The notes under the pieces are model-generated. The model saw only the letters and a program-made list of their open reading frames with translations, did no database searches and was not told the DNA's origin. Made by a program: the position numbers and the translations under genes. A stretch of DNA of 64,000 nt from IMG/VR virus record IMGVR_UViG_3300046370_000598, positions 10,958 to 74,957 of that record. The stretch is one strand, 5' to 3'. The stretch is from a virus. This document shows, one piece after another, positions 30,179 to 41,005 of the stretch (position 1 is its first letter; every line of letters starts with the position of its first letter).

Positions 30179-32443
30179 TCAACTAGAAACAAAATAGTTC
30201 ATGAATATTTTTTTTAATTCATACGGATAAGCCATAAAATGAATAATAAATGTATCCTCGTCTACCATTCTAGGTTCTGTATTAAACTCATTCATTGGAA
30301 ATATTTTCCTATTGAAACCAAATCCATCGCTCTTTTTTAATATATCGCACAATATCCCTTGATCGCCGCCGCTTGCATATAAACTACTTTTATCACAATC
30401 TACATGCATCCATTTTTTTATTATGTTTTTTGTATAATTATGATTTCTAAAAATGACAACTCCACTATTAAGCATCATACCTTTGGCAATTTTTTTGTTG
30501 TTCGCACCGACATCTTCACATGCAATAATTTTTTTTATGACAGTGCATTTAGCGAGTATATCTTCGAAACGTTTTTGTGGATTGTATATGATTGTATCTG
30601 AATCCATCCATACAATCACTTCGTGATCATCAAAGTGATTGAGAATTGCGCGCGCTTTTGACCAATTAGCTGAACCGCCATCGTCAAGTTTTTCTCTATA
30701 AACATAAAATGTATAGCCATTTGCCAAACAATAATCTCGCACGCTCATCTCGGAACATATCGCATAATCTGCAATTTCAGGAGTGTACAAACTAACAATC
30801 GCAATTTTCTTTCCTGAATTATAAACTGTAAATTTTTCTTTTGGTATTTGTATTTGGTTTAAATGTTTGCTTATGTATTTAAGGTAATCGCGGTCAACTA
30901 AGCTATACCATTCATTTTTTAATTTTAAAAATTCTTTGTGTTTTTGCGGATTAACCGTTACCTTTTTTGGTGCATCAGTTTTCGCGGCAATTGTGTTTGA
31001 TATTTTTTGCTTCAATTGTTTTTTGTATTCGGTCCACCAAGATTGTACTTTTTTGGAATGATCGATTATCCATTGTGAATCTTCAAGAAGCATGTTGATA
31101 TCATTTGATATATTGTTCCAAGATTCAGTTTCAATGAGCGGATGCTCGCCAAGTAGGTTGCCCCAATAATCATCCTTTTCAACAATTGGAATTGATCCCA
31201 CTTCTAGCGCTTCGTACAATCTAAAAGTGTCAACGCTTGTGTTTCCACGAGGACATGGTACGAAAGTTGATTGCTTTAATATTTTTTTATATTCTTCAGT
31301 ACTCAAACAATCGCCCGATTGCCAACCCTCGGCTACATGAAGATGATATTCGCCATTGCATTTTTCCAATGAATCAATCATTTTTTCGCGATCACCTTGA
31401 CTATGAATCTGGCCCGCGAAACACCAAGTATATTTTTTATCTAATGAACTCATTTTACTTTCTAATAAATAAGGATTATCTATGTAAAAAAAAGTGTTAT
31501 CCACATCCTCTACTCCAGCAAAGACTTTGATTTTATTATTTTCTTTTATAATTGATGAGCAATAATATTCAAGAGGAATGTCTTTTAATAATGTTTTAGT
31601 TATGTTTGTAATTTTTCCATCAATCAAATCAAAAGAAACAAAATATTTATTGTATGCCCATGCAATTTTTTTATCAGACTTAAAATCCTTTAACCTTTCT
31701 TGACATAACATACAGTATCTATTTTCGCCAATTTTAATAGGGCATGTAGAATTATGCATTAATGGTTTTTGATTCAACTGAATTGAGTTAAAAGATAAAC
31801 CCTCCAACAACTTAGATGAACTATATACAAGTGGATCAATAGAATAGATGCAATAAAAATCATCTTTATCCTTAAATATCATCCAATTTTTTTGAGGAAT
31901 ATTTAATTTTTCTTGATTTAATGTTTTTACAAAATCGATTTCTCCGGAATTTAAATTCACCCAGCAAATTCCAGGCTCACAACGCCAAGAAAAACCTAAA
32001 GGTTTTTTTTCATTCCACGAACCATCTTCTTTTTTTTTGCCAGAGAAAACAAGTATCTCGCTAAATACAGAACAACATGCCAGACAAAAAATAGATCCAT
32101 TTCTCTCTTCAATGGAATTTTCCACAAATCTAAGATCTTCTATTTTATGTTTATTAGTTCGATCCAAATCTACCATTCTAGAGGTAAAGTATGAATAATT
32201 TTTAAAATTAAATTTACATTCTTTTTTCTGTCCTGAATTTTTAACCAAAATATAGCTGGCGGCACTTCTGTAAAAATCTACACTTATTCCATGAGACGAG
32301 ACGCAATGTGCAGGAGTATTCTGGGGATAATCAGCTTGCCTATATAAAATATATTCATCTCCATTGCATTTTATAGCAGAAGGGTTGATCTCACACTGTA
32401 TACTGTTAGACTTAGTCATGAATACACTTGTTCTTTGAATCAA
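30179..32443 (-). CDS. Multidomain glycan enzyme: propeller-like N-domain, exostosin (GT47) C-half, GT34
   Basis: CPRGNTSVDTFRLYEALEVGSIP (GT47); WSKARAI...WMDSD...LNSGV...DQG (GT34). Confidence 0.7.
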   Translation of the reverse strand: MIQRTSVFMTKSNSIQCEINPSAIKCNGDEYILYRQADYPQNTPAHCVSSHGISVDFYRSAASYILVKNSGQKKECKFNFKNYSYFTSRMVDLDRTNKHKIEDLRFVENSIEERNGSIFCLACCSVFSEILVFSGKKKEDGSWNEKKPLGFSWRCEPGICWVNLNSGEIDFVKTLNQEKLNIPQKNWMIFKDKDDFYCIYSIDPLVYSSSKLLEGLSFNSIQLNQKPLMHNSTCPIKIGENRYCMLCQERLKDFKSDKKIAWAYNKYFVSFDLIDGKITNITKTLLKDIPLEYYCSSIIKENNKIKVFAGVEDVDNTFFYIDNPYLLESKMSSLDKKYTWCFAGQIHSQGDREKMIDSLEKCNGEYHLHVAEGWQSGDCLSTEEYKKILKQSTFVPCPRGNTSVDTFRLYEALEVGSIPIVEKDDYWGNLLGEHPLIETESWNNISNDINMLLEDSQWIIDHSKKVQSWWTEYKKQLKQKISNTIAAKTDAPKKVTVNPQKHKEFLKLKNEWYSLVDRDYLKYISKHLNQIQIPKEKFTVYNSGKKIAIVSLYTPEIADYAICSEMSVRDYCLANGYTFYVYREKLDDGGSANWSKARAILNHFDDHEVIVWMDSDTIIYNPQKRFEDILAKCTVIKKIIACEDVGANNKKIAKGMMLNSGVVIFRNHNYTKNIIKKWMHVDCDKSSLYASGGDQGILCDILKKSDGFGFNRKIFPMNEFNTEPRMVDEDTFIIHFMAYPYELKKIFMNYFVSS

Positions 32444-33149
32444 AAACCCGGAAACCGAGTTCTATTGCTCTATTAGTTAATAACATTTCGTTAATTATCG
32501 CTTTTGCTTTATTTTTAAATAAAATTTCATCTGACTCCGGATTAAAAGCGCTATGCCAATACTTCGATAGCCATAAATAAATATGCCGCTTTAGCCCACT
32601 ACTTATTTCCTTCGATGACATAAAAAGTTTGAAATCCTGAGTAATTTCATTTACATTAAAAAGATCCGTGTTATCGACATTCAATAACTTGAAAATTTCG
32701 CTTGACCCAATAAAGCAATTACTGCAAATCCAGCTACTCAAATCTCGTTCATTAAAAAATAATTCCGAGGAAATTAACGATCGGTCTATTTTTCCTATTA
32801 GCAGGTTATGTTTTTTTGATAAATAAAACACATCCTTAAGTTTATCATCATCTAGCAAAGTTTTTCCATAAGATTTTAAGGAGTCATTCACAAAGAGCAT
32901 TACATCGGGACTTATATTTTTCTTAACATAATCCAATCCCTTCTGCCAACCAGAGAACTCCCAGTTTTTGTTATTTCCAGCAATAATGTGAAAAGCCCCA
33001 AATACTTCTTTCTCTTTTTTTTCCATAAGATTATCTACAATGACATATTCTGTATGTAGGTTTGTTTTATTTAACTGTCCCACTATATAAGGTAAAGAGT
33101 GTGGGTATTTCTTGGTGTCATACTGAACATAAATAACCGCGATTTTCAT
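32412..33149 (-). CDS. Glycosyltransferase-like hypothetical protein
   Basis: VDN...GNN..WEFSGWQKG...FVNDS (rhamnan-synthesis-like). Confidence 0.5.
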   Translation of the reverse strand: MKIAVIYVQYDTKKYPHSLPYIVGQLNKTNLHTEYVIVDNLMEKKEKEVFGAFHIIAGNNKNWEFSGWQKGLDYVKKNISPDVMLFVNDSLKSYGKTLLDDDKLKDVFYLSKKHNLLIGKIDRSLISSELFFNERDLSSWICSNCFIGSSEIFKLLNVDNTDLFNVNEITQDFKLFMSSKEISSGLKRHIYLWLSKYWHSAFNPESDEILFKNKAKAIINEMLLTNRAIELGFRVFDSKNKCIHD

Positions 33150-35851
33150 GTTTTAAATCCCTTCTTGTATCCCAATGGAATAAATGTTACATTGTCTGCT
33201 ATAGCATCTTTTCTATAATATTGTCGAAACACATGTTTAAAGTTTTTGTAATGATCAATTTCGGCGTGACAATGTTCGTCACTCAAATGAACCAATATAC
33301 AATTTTTATTTTTTAATTTTTCAAAATATTGATTTTGTTTTGTGCGCAATTGACTTAGGTTTTCGCGGAATTTTTCTGGATATGTATTTATGTTTTTCGC
33401 ATACATATCACTATATACAATCACACTATTCTCTTCTATAATATTCATATCTTCATTGATAACAACATCAAAATCATCAAACAACTCACATATAAAATCC
33501 TGCTCAAATAAATTTTTGTGTGTGAATATTAATTTTTGTTTTTTTGTTTTTTGTGAAACATGAAATGCTTGAGTTTGCGCATTCCAATGAACAATATTTT
33601 CTGCATTATAAAAATCTGCTTTATCCTTTTCAAACGTTTGTGGATTAAATTGTTTGTCGATGTTTCTGTATAATGTGTGATATTCTGGACCAATTTCGCG
33701 GAAAGTTTCAAGATATTCGCAAGCCTCAATTTGTTTTCTTATATCATTAAAATACTCTGGATTGTTGCCGCGATCAACAATCTTTGCGCCTAAAATTTCA
33801 CACACCGATTGCATGTAAGAATATACAGCCAAGAAAAACAAAGACTTTCCTTGTTTTCTGTAGTTTAAATTGTTTGCTATTGCTCGACCTATGATTGGGT
33901 TTTTCGCGCAAGTCAAAATAAAGTCTTGAGAGAAATCTACATCTTGAAAAGTTGGTAAAACACATGATGTTTTATGATTAACAATTTCAGATATTGGAGT
34001 ATCAATGTATCTATCAATATCAACATACAACCCACCCTCCTTGTATGTTTTTAATAGTCTCCACAAATCTATTTTTTCGGTATTTTTTCTGTCTTTTATT
34101 AAATTCCAATTGTCGCGACCAATTGAATCGCGCAGTAATCGATTGACGTCCTCGTCATCATAAATCTGAACGTCCCAATCTGGATTCAGTAGCTCTAGGT
34201 TTTTCGCGCCTTTTCGAATAAGTTCGTAGTTTGAATCAAGTACATTTTTATTTTTCCAAGATAGATGAATTTTTTTGGGTATTTGTTTACTGTATATTTT
34301 AGCGAGCAATGGAAACTCAATCATCTCATACTCTTGTTTAATTTGAAACTTTTCTTCCGCAAATCTTAAATCTGATTTTTTATCTATTTCTGTATTATCA
34401 TTTTCTTCGTGCAATTGATAGCTCATAAGAGGATTGAGATGATATATGCTTTCTGGCTTCGCAAACAATTTATTTTCATTAAAAAAGTTTTGCATAAAAT
34501 TGTCAAGAGGCTCATCCATTCCAAACTGTTCAACCCATTGACATAGTAAACTAGCAGCAGTTTTATGCAAAATGTACGAACTTGCATTCATATGCCAAAA
34601 ATGATCGTTTTTAGTAAAAAAATCATTTCTTTTTATTCTGCAAAAATAATCATTATATCGCTCAAGAACCTCTGTGTAGCGTGGTTTATTCCATGGCTGG
34701 CAACCACCAAGATAAATTATCGAATAGTCGCTTGGTATTTGTTTGCTAAATACTTGATTCCAGAAATTCACAAAACCATCTTTAAATACTGCATCATCTT
34801 CTAATATCAAATAGTTCGTAGCGTTCTTGTCTTGCACCAATTTTTCCCACAGTCTATAATGACTTAATGCACAACAGATTTCTGCTTTACTTCTAGATTC
34901 CCAAGTTTTTGGAAATAATTTTTTAACTTCATTGTTTAGTTCTATTTTCTTTGCATCGATTGCACTGACTCTTTGAGTTGAAAATTCTGTATTTTTATAC
35001 ATATGAAATAATCTATCTAAACGCCGATCAAGATTAATGAAATAACTTTTTGAAATTTTCTCCAACTCTCGGTTCATATACATTTCTTTTTTAGTTCCAA
35101 CAAAGTCACTTAAAGAACCGTCGGCCCTTTGCATTAAAAACATAAAATTATTTATCTTACCATGTGAGACATTATCTTTTTTTAATTTACTTAACAAATA
35201 TTTTTCTGCGTGATAATATTCTGGTTTATTTTTTATGTCAGAATATCTTGTGCAATATGAATTTAATGCTTTTTTATTTTTAATAATAGCAAATCTATCA
35301 TTTATTCCACCAAACCAACCATAATCAATTTGCGGACAAACATTATAATACGGAGTAAATAAATCTTCATTAGATTTTAAACATTCTAAAGATAATGGAT
35401 GAGTAAAAAATAAATCGCCTCTAGAAAGTATAAAATAATCATAATCATCAATTCTATCTGCAAATGAATTAATAAAATACTCTAAAGAATAAATTTGTTT
35501 TAATGATTTTCTTATAGAATCTAAAGCATCTCCATCCCCCCATGCTTCTCCAAATTTAATTACTTCTTTTGCCAGATCACATATATTTTCTTCTTTATTC
35601 CTTAAATCTTGATCGTAAAAAATCTCCTTAAATTTAAAATACTTTTGAATACTTTTATGATTTATGGGTGTCGGCTCAAGCTCCGCGTCAGCTTGTCTGG
35701 AATTAAAATAAAAAGAAGACTTACTAGTAACCAAAAAATAATCTACTTCATTACCCTCGATTTGCTTTTTTACATTCTCTTCGAAAGAAAAGTATTGTTT
35801 TTCGTCAAAATTTTTAACTTGTCCAAAAAAAACAAAAGCTACCTTACTCAT
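33146..35851 (-). CDS. Multidomain glycosyltransferase: GT-like N-domain, GT25, GT32, exostosin N-half
   Basis: YFINLDRRLDR/CALSH/ILEDD (GT25); IPKKIH/DLWR/GGLYVDID (GT32); HLSDE...FRQY...IPLGY. Confidence 0.75.
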   Translation of the reverse strand: MSKVAFVFFGQVKNFDEKQYFSFEENVKKQIEGNEVDYFLVTSKSSFYFNSRQADAELEPTPINHKSIQKYFKFKEIFYDQDLRNKEENICDLAKEVIKFGEAWGDGDALDSIRKSLKQIYSLEYFINSFADRIDDYDYFILSRGDLFFTHPLSLECLKSNEDLFTPYYNVCPQIDYGWFGGINDRFAIIKNKKALNSYCTRYSDIKNKPEYYHAEKYLLSKLKKDNVSHGKINNFMFLMQRADGSLSDFVGTKKEMYMNRELEKISKSYFINLDRRLDRLFHMYKNTEFSTQRVSAIDAKKIELNNEVKKLFPKTWESRSKAEICCALSHYRLWEKLVQDKNATNYLILEDDAVFKDGFVNFWNQVFSKQIPSDYSIIYLGGCQPWNKPRYTEVLERYNDYFCRIKRNDFFTKNDHFWHMNASSYILHKTAASLLCQWVEQFGMDEPLDNFMQNFFNENKLFAKPESIYHLNPLMSYQLHEENDNTEIDKKSDLRFAEEKFQIKQEYEMIEFPLLAKIYSKQIPKKIHLSWKNKNVLDSNYELIRKGAKNLELLNPDWDVQIYDDEDVNRLLRDSIGRDNWNLIKDRKNTEKIDLWRLLKTYKEGGLYVDIDRYIDTPISEIVNHKTSCVLPTFQDVDFSQDFILTCAKNPIIGRAIANNLNYRKQGKSLFFLAVYSYMQSVCEILGAKIVDRGNNPEYFNDIRKQIEACEYLETFREIGPEYHTLYRNIDKQFNPQTFEKDKADFYNAENIVHWNAQTQAFHVSQKTKKQKLIFTHKNLFEQDFICELFDDFDVVINEDMNIIEENSVIVYSDMYAKNINTYPEKFRENLSQLRTKQNQYFEKLKNKNCILVHLSDEHCHAEIDHYKNFKHVFRQYYRKDAIADNVTFIPLGYKKGFKT

Positions 35852-36938
35852 TTTTCAAAAGATTTAAATAGCCCTCAATATTACTTTTTCTGTTCGGGTC
35901 AAAATCTTTTAATTTTTCTTGAGCATCTTTTTTATATTGTTCAATAATTAAATGGTGGTTTTGTATTGCGCTTTTCAATTGATTTGCTCCCATTTTAATA
36001 TCAAATTCCGGATAGTAATATCCTACATCGCTTAAAGTTTCAGAATTATGAATTAAAGGGATACCTAAATATAATGCTTCTAGATGAGAGTAGTTCAATT
36101 CATTATAAAATTGATGACTAATAATTGTGCTGCCAAATTTAGCAAGCGCATCTAATGACCCCCACCTATTATTGAAAAAACATTTTTTAGTTTCGTGAAC
36201 GACAGAAAATTTATGCATTAACTTTTCAAAAAATTTATTCTTCCTAATACCCTCGCAACCGAAAGCATTTACTTGCCCTAATTCATTTGGAAATTTTTTA
36301 TTAAATCTTTCGCAAATAGTTAACGGTATGATGCAGTTTTTAATATATGATCTATTAGGCTCGAATATACAAACATTATTGGCTTTTTCTTTTTTAAAAA
36401 AAGGACTCAAAGATTTTTTGCTTAGTTCTTTTATTTTTTCATCAACAAAATAACTATCCCATATATATGGTGCAGTAAATACATTTTTAGTAGAGTAATA
36501 TGTCTTAATATATTCTTTTGCAAAATCATGATGAGGAGAAGTCCAAACTTGATCTAATATCAACGGGCGCTCCAAAGGTTCTTTTTTTGATGTATTACTA
36601 CATATTGCATAATTTATATCATCCATTAATTTATTTCCAAAATGAACAAGAATAACCTTTAAGTTTTTATTTCTCTTCTTTAGTTTTTTATACATCTCAG
36701 GTAAAAGATCAAATCCTGCGATTATGATTACATCAAACTTTTCTTTAGGATCGTCGATAATTTCATGCAACAACATACCTTTATGTTTTTTTTCTAATTT
36801 ATGTTGAGGATCTTTGAAAGTGATATAGTAACAATCATGTCCAGCTTTATTAAATAAATTGTATAAAAATACAATATTTTGCTGCATTCCATTCGCCCAG
36901 AACGCAACAGACATATCTAATGTTATTCCTATTTTCAT
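35844..36938 (-). CDS. DUF2827-family GT-B protein
   Basis: WANGMQQN, FEPN, LNYSHLEAL, PLIHNS, GYYYPEFD. Confidence 0.75.
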   Translation of the reverse strand: MKIGITLDMSVAFWANGMQQNIVFLYNLFNKAGHDCYYITFKDPQHKLEKKHKGMLLHEIIDDPKEKFDVIIIAGFDLLPEMYKKLKKRNKNLKVILVHFGNKLMDDINYAICSNTSKKEPLERPLILDQVWTSPHHDFAKEYIKTYYSTKNVFTAPYIWDSYFVDEKIKELSKKSLSPFFKKEKANNVCIFEPNRSYIKNCIIPLTICERFNKKFPNELGQVNAFGCEGIRKNKFFEKLMHKFSVVHETKKCFFNNRWGSLDALAKFGSTIISHQFYNELNYSHLEALYLGIPLIHNSETLSDVGYYYPEFDIKMGANQLKSAIQNHHLIIEQYKKDAQEKLKDFDPNRKSNIEGYLNLLKNE

Positions 36939-38005
36939 GTTAACAATTTTTTATATTTTTCAATGACTAAATTATTTTTAGGGGAATATCTTTCGATAAC
37001 CGACCTAGATCTTTCTTCATATATATCAATATTGTCATCGTGACAAGTTAAAGCTTTATGCAAAGCTTTAGCTCCTAAAATTGTATCATACTCAGGATAA
37101 AAGTAGCCAGCGTCTTTAATGTATTCAGAATTATGAACTAGTGGTATATTAAAATACAATGCTTCTAAATATGTATAATTCAAACCGTTTAAAAGCTGAT
37201 GGGATACTACTATATTTGATTCTCTAGCAAAAATTTCAGAAACATTTTTTCTGTGAGAAAATTTTATTTTTTCTTGCTTTGTTATATCTAAGCACCACAT
37301 TAGTGATTTAAAATATCTCTTGTGCATTAATGATTTCGCGCAATAAACATTAAGTTGATTAAATAAATTTTTATGCTGATTTATTAATTCTTCAACTATA
37401 AATATGGAAGGTATACAGTTTTTAGTCATATTTAAATTTGGCTCCAATATTGCTATATTTTTTTCATCATTCGCATCGTAATAACAATTTAGTCCAGCTT
37501 TATTCCATATTGAATTATGGCATTTTATAAATTTTGGACTCCATATATAAGGAATTTCAAAAACTTTTTGAGTTTTATAGAAAGTCTTAAAATAAGAAAA
37601 AGAAAACTCGTAGTGAGGTGAAACCCAGACCTCATCAACATTATCAGGGTTTACACATATATTCTCCCACTTACACTGCTCTACATCTGCAAGTAATCTA
37701 TTTCCGTAATGAATGTGTATATTTTTACAATTAGGGTTTTTTTGCTTTATTAAACTTAAGCATTTTTTACTCATAAGCCAACCTGTTTGCAAGCAATAAT
37801 CCATTTTGGGTAAATCTGCAATTTCTTCTGATTGAAGAATTATCATATCCCTTGGAGGATCAATTGATTCCTCAATGTCATGAGTAACAACTAAAAATGG
37901 CTTACAACCTATATCTTTCAATAATTCTGCTAAGAAAATTATGTTTTGCTGTAATCCATTACAATACAAGCCTTTATCTAGGCTGATAGTTAACAAAATA
38001 TTCAT
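36935..38005 (-). CDS. DUF2827-family GT-B protein (paralog)
   Basis: NGLQQN, LEPN, LNYTYLEAL, PLVHNS, GYFYPEYD. Confidence 0.75.
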   Translation of the reverse strand: MNILLTISLDKGLYCNGLQQNIIFLAELLKDIGCKPFLVVTHDIEESIDPPRDMIILQSEEIADLPKMDYCLQTGWLMSKKCLSLIKQKNPNCKNIHIHYGNRLLADVEQCKWENICVNPDNVDEVWVSPHYEFSFSYFKTFYKTQKVFEIPYIWSPKFIKCHNSIWNKAGLNCYYDANDEKNIAILEPNLNMTKNCIPSIFIVEELINQHKNLFNQLNVYCAKSLMHKRYFKSLMWCLDITKQEKIKFSHRKNVSEIFARESNIVVSHQLLNGLNYTYLEALYFNIPLVHNSEYIKDAGYFYPEYDTILGAKALHKALTCHDDNIDIYEERSRSVIERYSPKNNLVIEKYKKLLT

Positions 38006-38025
38006 ATTATTATATTACACGAATA

Positions 38026-38505
38026 CTAATCTCTATTTATTGAAATATCTAAATAATTCCCACTTTCTATAACTTTATCTGAAAAAGCTACATTAAATCC
38101 AGATGCAGTTACATTATAAGTTGAATGCGCGTAAAAAAATTCGGACTGATCATCCACCCTCATGGAAATTATAACCTGAGGGGCGTGCGAATATGAAAAA
38201 GAGTCTCCAATTTCGTTATACTTAAAAGACAAAGTGTCTACTCCAGTAGGAATCTGCAAGGAAGTTGAAAAACCTCTTTCTGCATTAATTGCTTGAGTAA
38301 AACTCTCGCCAACCCTTCTAATCTTAACCCAGTCAGTTAAATTATTGTCCCCAGTTTTTTCGTATAAAAAATTTGTATCAGAGTCGATATACTCTGTACC
38401 TATCACACCTGCAGCTTTATTGCTTAACGCAGGCGGCCCTGAGTCAGAAATTAATGGCTTCCTTATACCAAGGTTAGCATTAACGAAACTTTCGAATGCT
38501 CCCAT
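38026..38505 (-). CDS. Hypothetical virion protein with lectin-like C-domain
   Basis: C-terminus PQVIISM...NVTASGFNVAFSD resembles the repeated fibre domain. Confidence 0.5.
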   Translation of the reverse strand: MGAFESFVNANLGIRKPLISDSGPPALSNKAAGVIGTEYIDSDTNFLYEKTGDNNLTDWVKIRRVGESFTQAINAERGFSTSLQIPTGVDTLSFKYNEIGDSFSYSHAPQVIISMRVDDQSEFFYAHSTYNVTASGFNVAFSDKVIESGNYLDISINRD

Positions 38506-38508
38506 TTC

Positions 38509-40485
38509 TTACTTCCTCCTATCGCTATGATACAACAAAGCTGAAGAATACAAATCCAAATCATATTCTAAAGATAATTGTTGAATTCTATTTATGATAT
38601 CTAAACTCTCTATATTCTCAGAATTTTCCACGCAAGCTTCAAGTTTATCTGTCCACAATGATTTTTCTGAAGAAGTAATTATAGATTCGCAGAGATCATT
38701 AATTAAAGATTCTTCGGAAGCTTTCAACTTCTTTTTCTTTAATTTCTTTCTCATTATCTTAAAACCCTCTTGCCTTAAGGTTTCTGTGGCATATATAATT
38801 TCTTGAATATCTTTTCTAGAATATAACTGTTCGGCAGTAACTTTATTTTCTTGCTTAATTTCGGAAGTTCCAACAGGTCTACCAACCTCTTTTTTTGCGG
38901 CTTGATCTTGACTTTCGTCTGATAAAACCGGTGCTCCACCAACAATAGGATTATAGAGTCCATTTTTTCTCTGCTCTATATATCTTTCTTGAGCTGGTTG
39001 CATTTCCTCGGGCCTTGGGTAAGCCCCTTTTTCTAAAACGTTAACCCCTTGCTCTGGAGTTATAATTCCCAATTCCATAAGTCTTGTGGCAACTCTTTGT
39101 AATTGAACCTCATCTTTTATATCTACCTGCTCAAATTTTACCGTTGGATATTTTCTAAATCCAAGGTTTTGACATATCATTTTTACTTGAGGCTGTAAAA
39201 AGTCGTAAATAAAAGCGTTCCTAGATTCTTTTAATCTTTCAAGAAATATCTTCGCTTTAACCTGCGCATTGCTATACCTATCATCACCGACAACTACATT
39301 TTGCAGACCTTCTTTTATATCATTATTAATTACTTCATATTTACTTGGGCCAACAACTTTGCTTATGTCTGGGATCACAAATTGAGCTTTTGTTGTATAA
39401 TCACTAACTAAAACTCTCCCAACACTTTCGTTTTTGAATAAGTTTTGCATAGCTTCCATATTCCTAGGGTTAATCCCCCCCTTATCTGGCTCTGCTCCCA
39501 TAGTGATTAAAAGAATTACATTTTCAATAGTTCTGCAAATAGCTTGATCAATTTGCTTTAATTCTAGTTTAAAATTAATATCATCAAGCACAGGGTAACC
39601 AAATGGAATAGCGAAAGGTTCATAATCTTGCTTTTTGTAAAATGAATAAATTAACTTTGATGGATCTAATATAGTCTTCAATCCATCGGAATTGTAAGAA
39701 TTTTTTTGTATTTTATCTTTTATGTCTTGATCTAAAGATTCATATACTTGTTGATCATATTCTGTTTTTGGATTTTTTAGTCTTTCAATATCAAACTCAG
39801 ATAATATCTTTTCATATCTACCTTCCTCAAATGAAGATGATTTGCTTGCGACAATGTCATAAGGATTTAATAGTATGTATTTTACAGGTAAATTGCCAGG
39901 CTTTAACGCTAAAGAAGATCCATATATTTTAGTTAATTTATCAAAGTCAGATTTGGAAAATTTTCCATCCACACGATACATAAATATATTTCCACTTCTA
40001 TAATATTCCCTAAAATACTGATCTTTTAAATTCCACAAATTAATTCTTTCAAACCATTTATAAACAAAGTCTCTTGAATTTTGAGTTCCTCCCTCAAGAT
40101 ATAAACTTGAATTAGCAAACTCAGACATAACATCTATAGCGTTCCTAAAAACTGAAATATTTGCATAAGCTTTTTGACATAACTCTATAGTATCCCTTAT
40201 ACTAACTCCGCTTTTATCATAAGTGTATGGAAGTGGGCTGGCTGCGATATTAGTAAACCTATTTTTTTTATCTGACTTATGAGCAAAATTCTTTCTTGAA
40301 GCAAAATCATCAGACCCGCCTTTAGTTCTTTGATAACTAGAAGCTTGAGATTCCATATAATAAGGTTCTCCTGATGAAAAAGGCGCTGCAGAAAAAGTTT
40401 GATTAAAGTCCTCTAAATTGTTGTTTTTAACTTTATCAAATTTATTCCAATAATCAGAGCGTTTAATGTATTTTCTTTTACTCAT
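38509..40485 (-). CDS. Portal protein
   Basis: 658 aa; AYAN..VFRNAIDVMSEFAN, FREYYRSGN, PFAIPFGYPVLDDI..K..LK..D portal-like pattern. Confidence 0.7.
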   Translation of the reverse strand: MSKRKYIKRSDYWNKFDKVKNNNLEDFNQTFSAAPFSSGEPYYMESQASSYQRTKGGSDDFASRKNFAHKSDKKNRFTNIAASPLPYTYDKSGVSIRDTIELCQKAYANISVFRNAIDVMSEFANSSLYLEGGTQNSRDFVYKWFERINLWNLKDQYFREYYRSGNIFMYRVDGKFSKSDFDKLTKIYGSSLALKPGNLPVKYILLNPYDIVASKSSSFEEGRYEKILSEFDIERLKNPKTEYDQQVYESLDQDIKDKIQKNSYNSDGLKTILDPSKLIYSFYKKQDYEPFAIPFGYPVLDDINFKLELKQIDQAICRTIENVILLITMGAEPDKGGINPRNMEAMQNLFKNESVGRVLVSDYTTKAQFVIPDISKVVGPSKYEVINNDIKEGLQNVVVGDDRYSNAQVKAKIFLERLKESRNAFIYDFLQPQVKMICQNLGFRKYPTVKFEQVDIKDEVQLQRVATRLMELGIITPEQGVNVLEKGAYPRPEEMQPAQERYIEQRKNGLYNPIVGGAPVLSDESQDQAAKKEVGRPVGTSEIKQENKVTAEQLYSRKDIQEIIYATETLRQEGFKIMRKKLKKKKLKASEESLINDLCESIITSSEKSLWTDKLEACVENSENIESLDIINRIQQLSLEYDLDLYSSALLYHSDRRK

Positions 40486-40581
40486 TCATTATGGTACACA
40501 AAAGTTAAAGCAAAGTCTATTAAAAGTTAAAAGTTAACTTTCGCTTTCTAATAAAAAAATAAAAATGTGTATATACTTCCA

Positions 40582-40758
40582 ATGCATGAAGAAAATAAAA
40601 TTAGATGTATAGTATCAACTAAAGACGGAGAAATGGTGGGTACAATCTTAAAACAATACGAAGAAATTGGCGGGCCCGATGACGGAGCAGTTTTTGCAGT
40701 GATTCAATTAGATAATGGACAAGTCATTAATGTGAAAATGTCCAAAATGATGAAATAA
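40582..40758 (+). CDS. Small hypothetical protein (SH3/KOW-like)
   Basis: ATG 15 nt after GTGTATATAC. Confidence 0.5.
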   Translation: MHEENKIRCIVSTKDGEMVGTILKQYEEIGGPDDGAVFAVIQLDNGQVINVKMSKMMK

Positions 40759-40777
40759 TAGTGTAATACCTTGGCTC

Positions 40778-41002
40778 ATGGCAAATTATATAAATAATCC
40801 TAACTTTAGATACTCCAACGATAATAGAGAATTAGATTTCGGCGATTACGATTACCCATCTCAACAATCCGTAGACCCGTCAGCTCAAAAAGGTGAAAGG
40901 CATTTTTACTCAAACGATAATGGAGGATATTATCCTAACTCAAACAGAATAGATATTTCTTTTGTTGATCCTACCCCACAAAAACAAACACCAACTTTAT
41001 AA
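40778..41002 (+). CDS. Hypothetical protein with internal duplication
   Basis: YSNDN...VDPS/TxQK occurs twice; GTGTAATACC upstream. Confidence 0.5.
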   Translation: MANYINNPNFRYSNDNRELDFGDYDYPSQQSVDPSAQKGERHFYSNDNGGYYPNSNRIDISFVDPTPQKQTPTL

Positions 41003-41005
41003 ATT

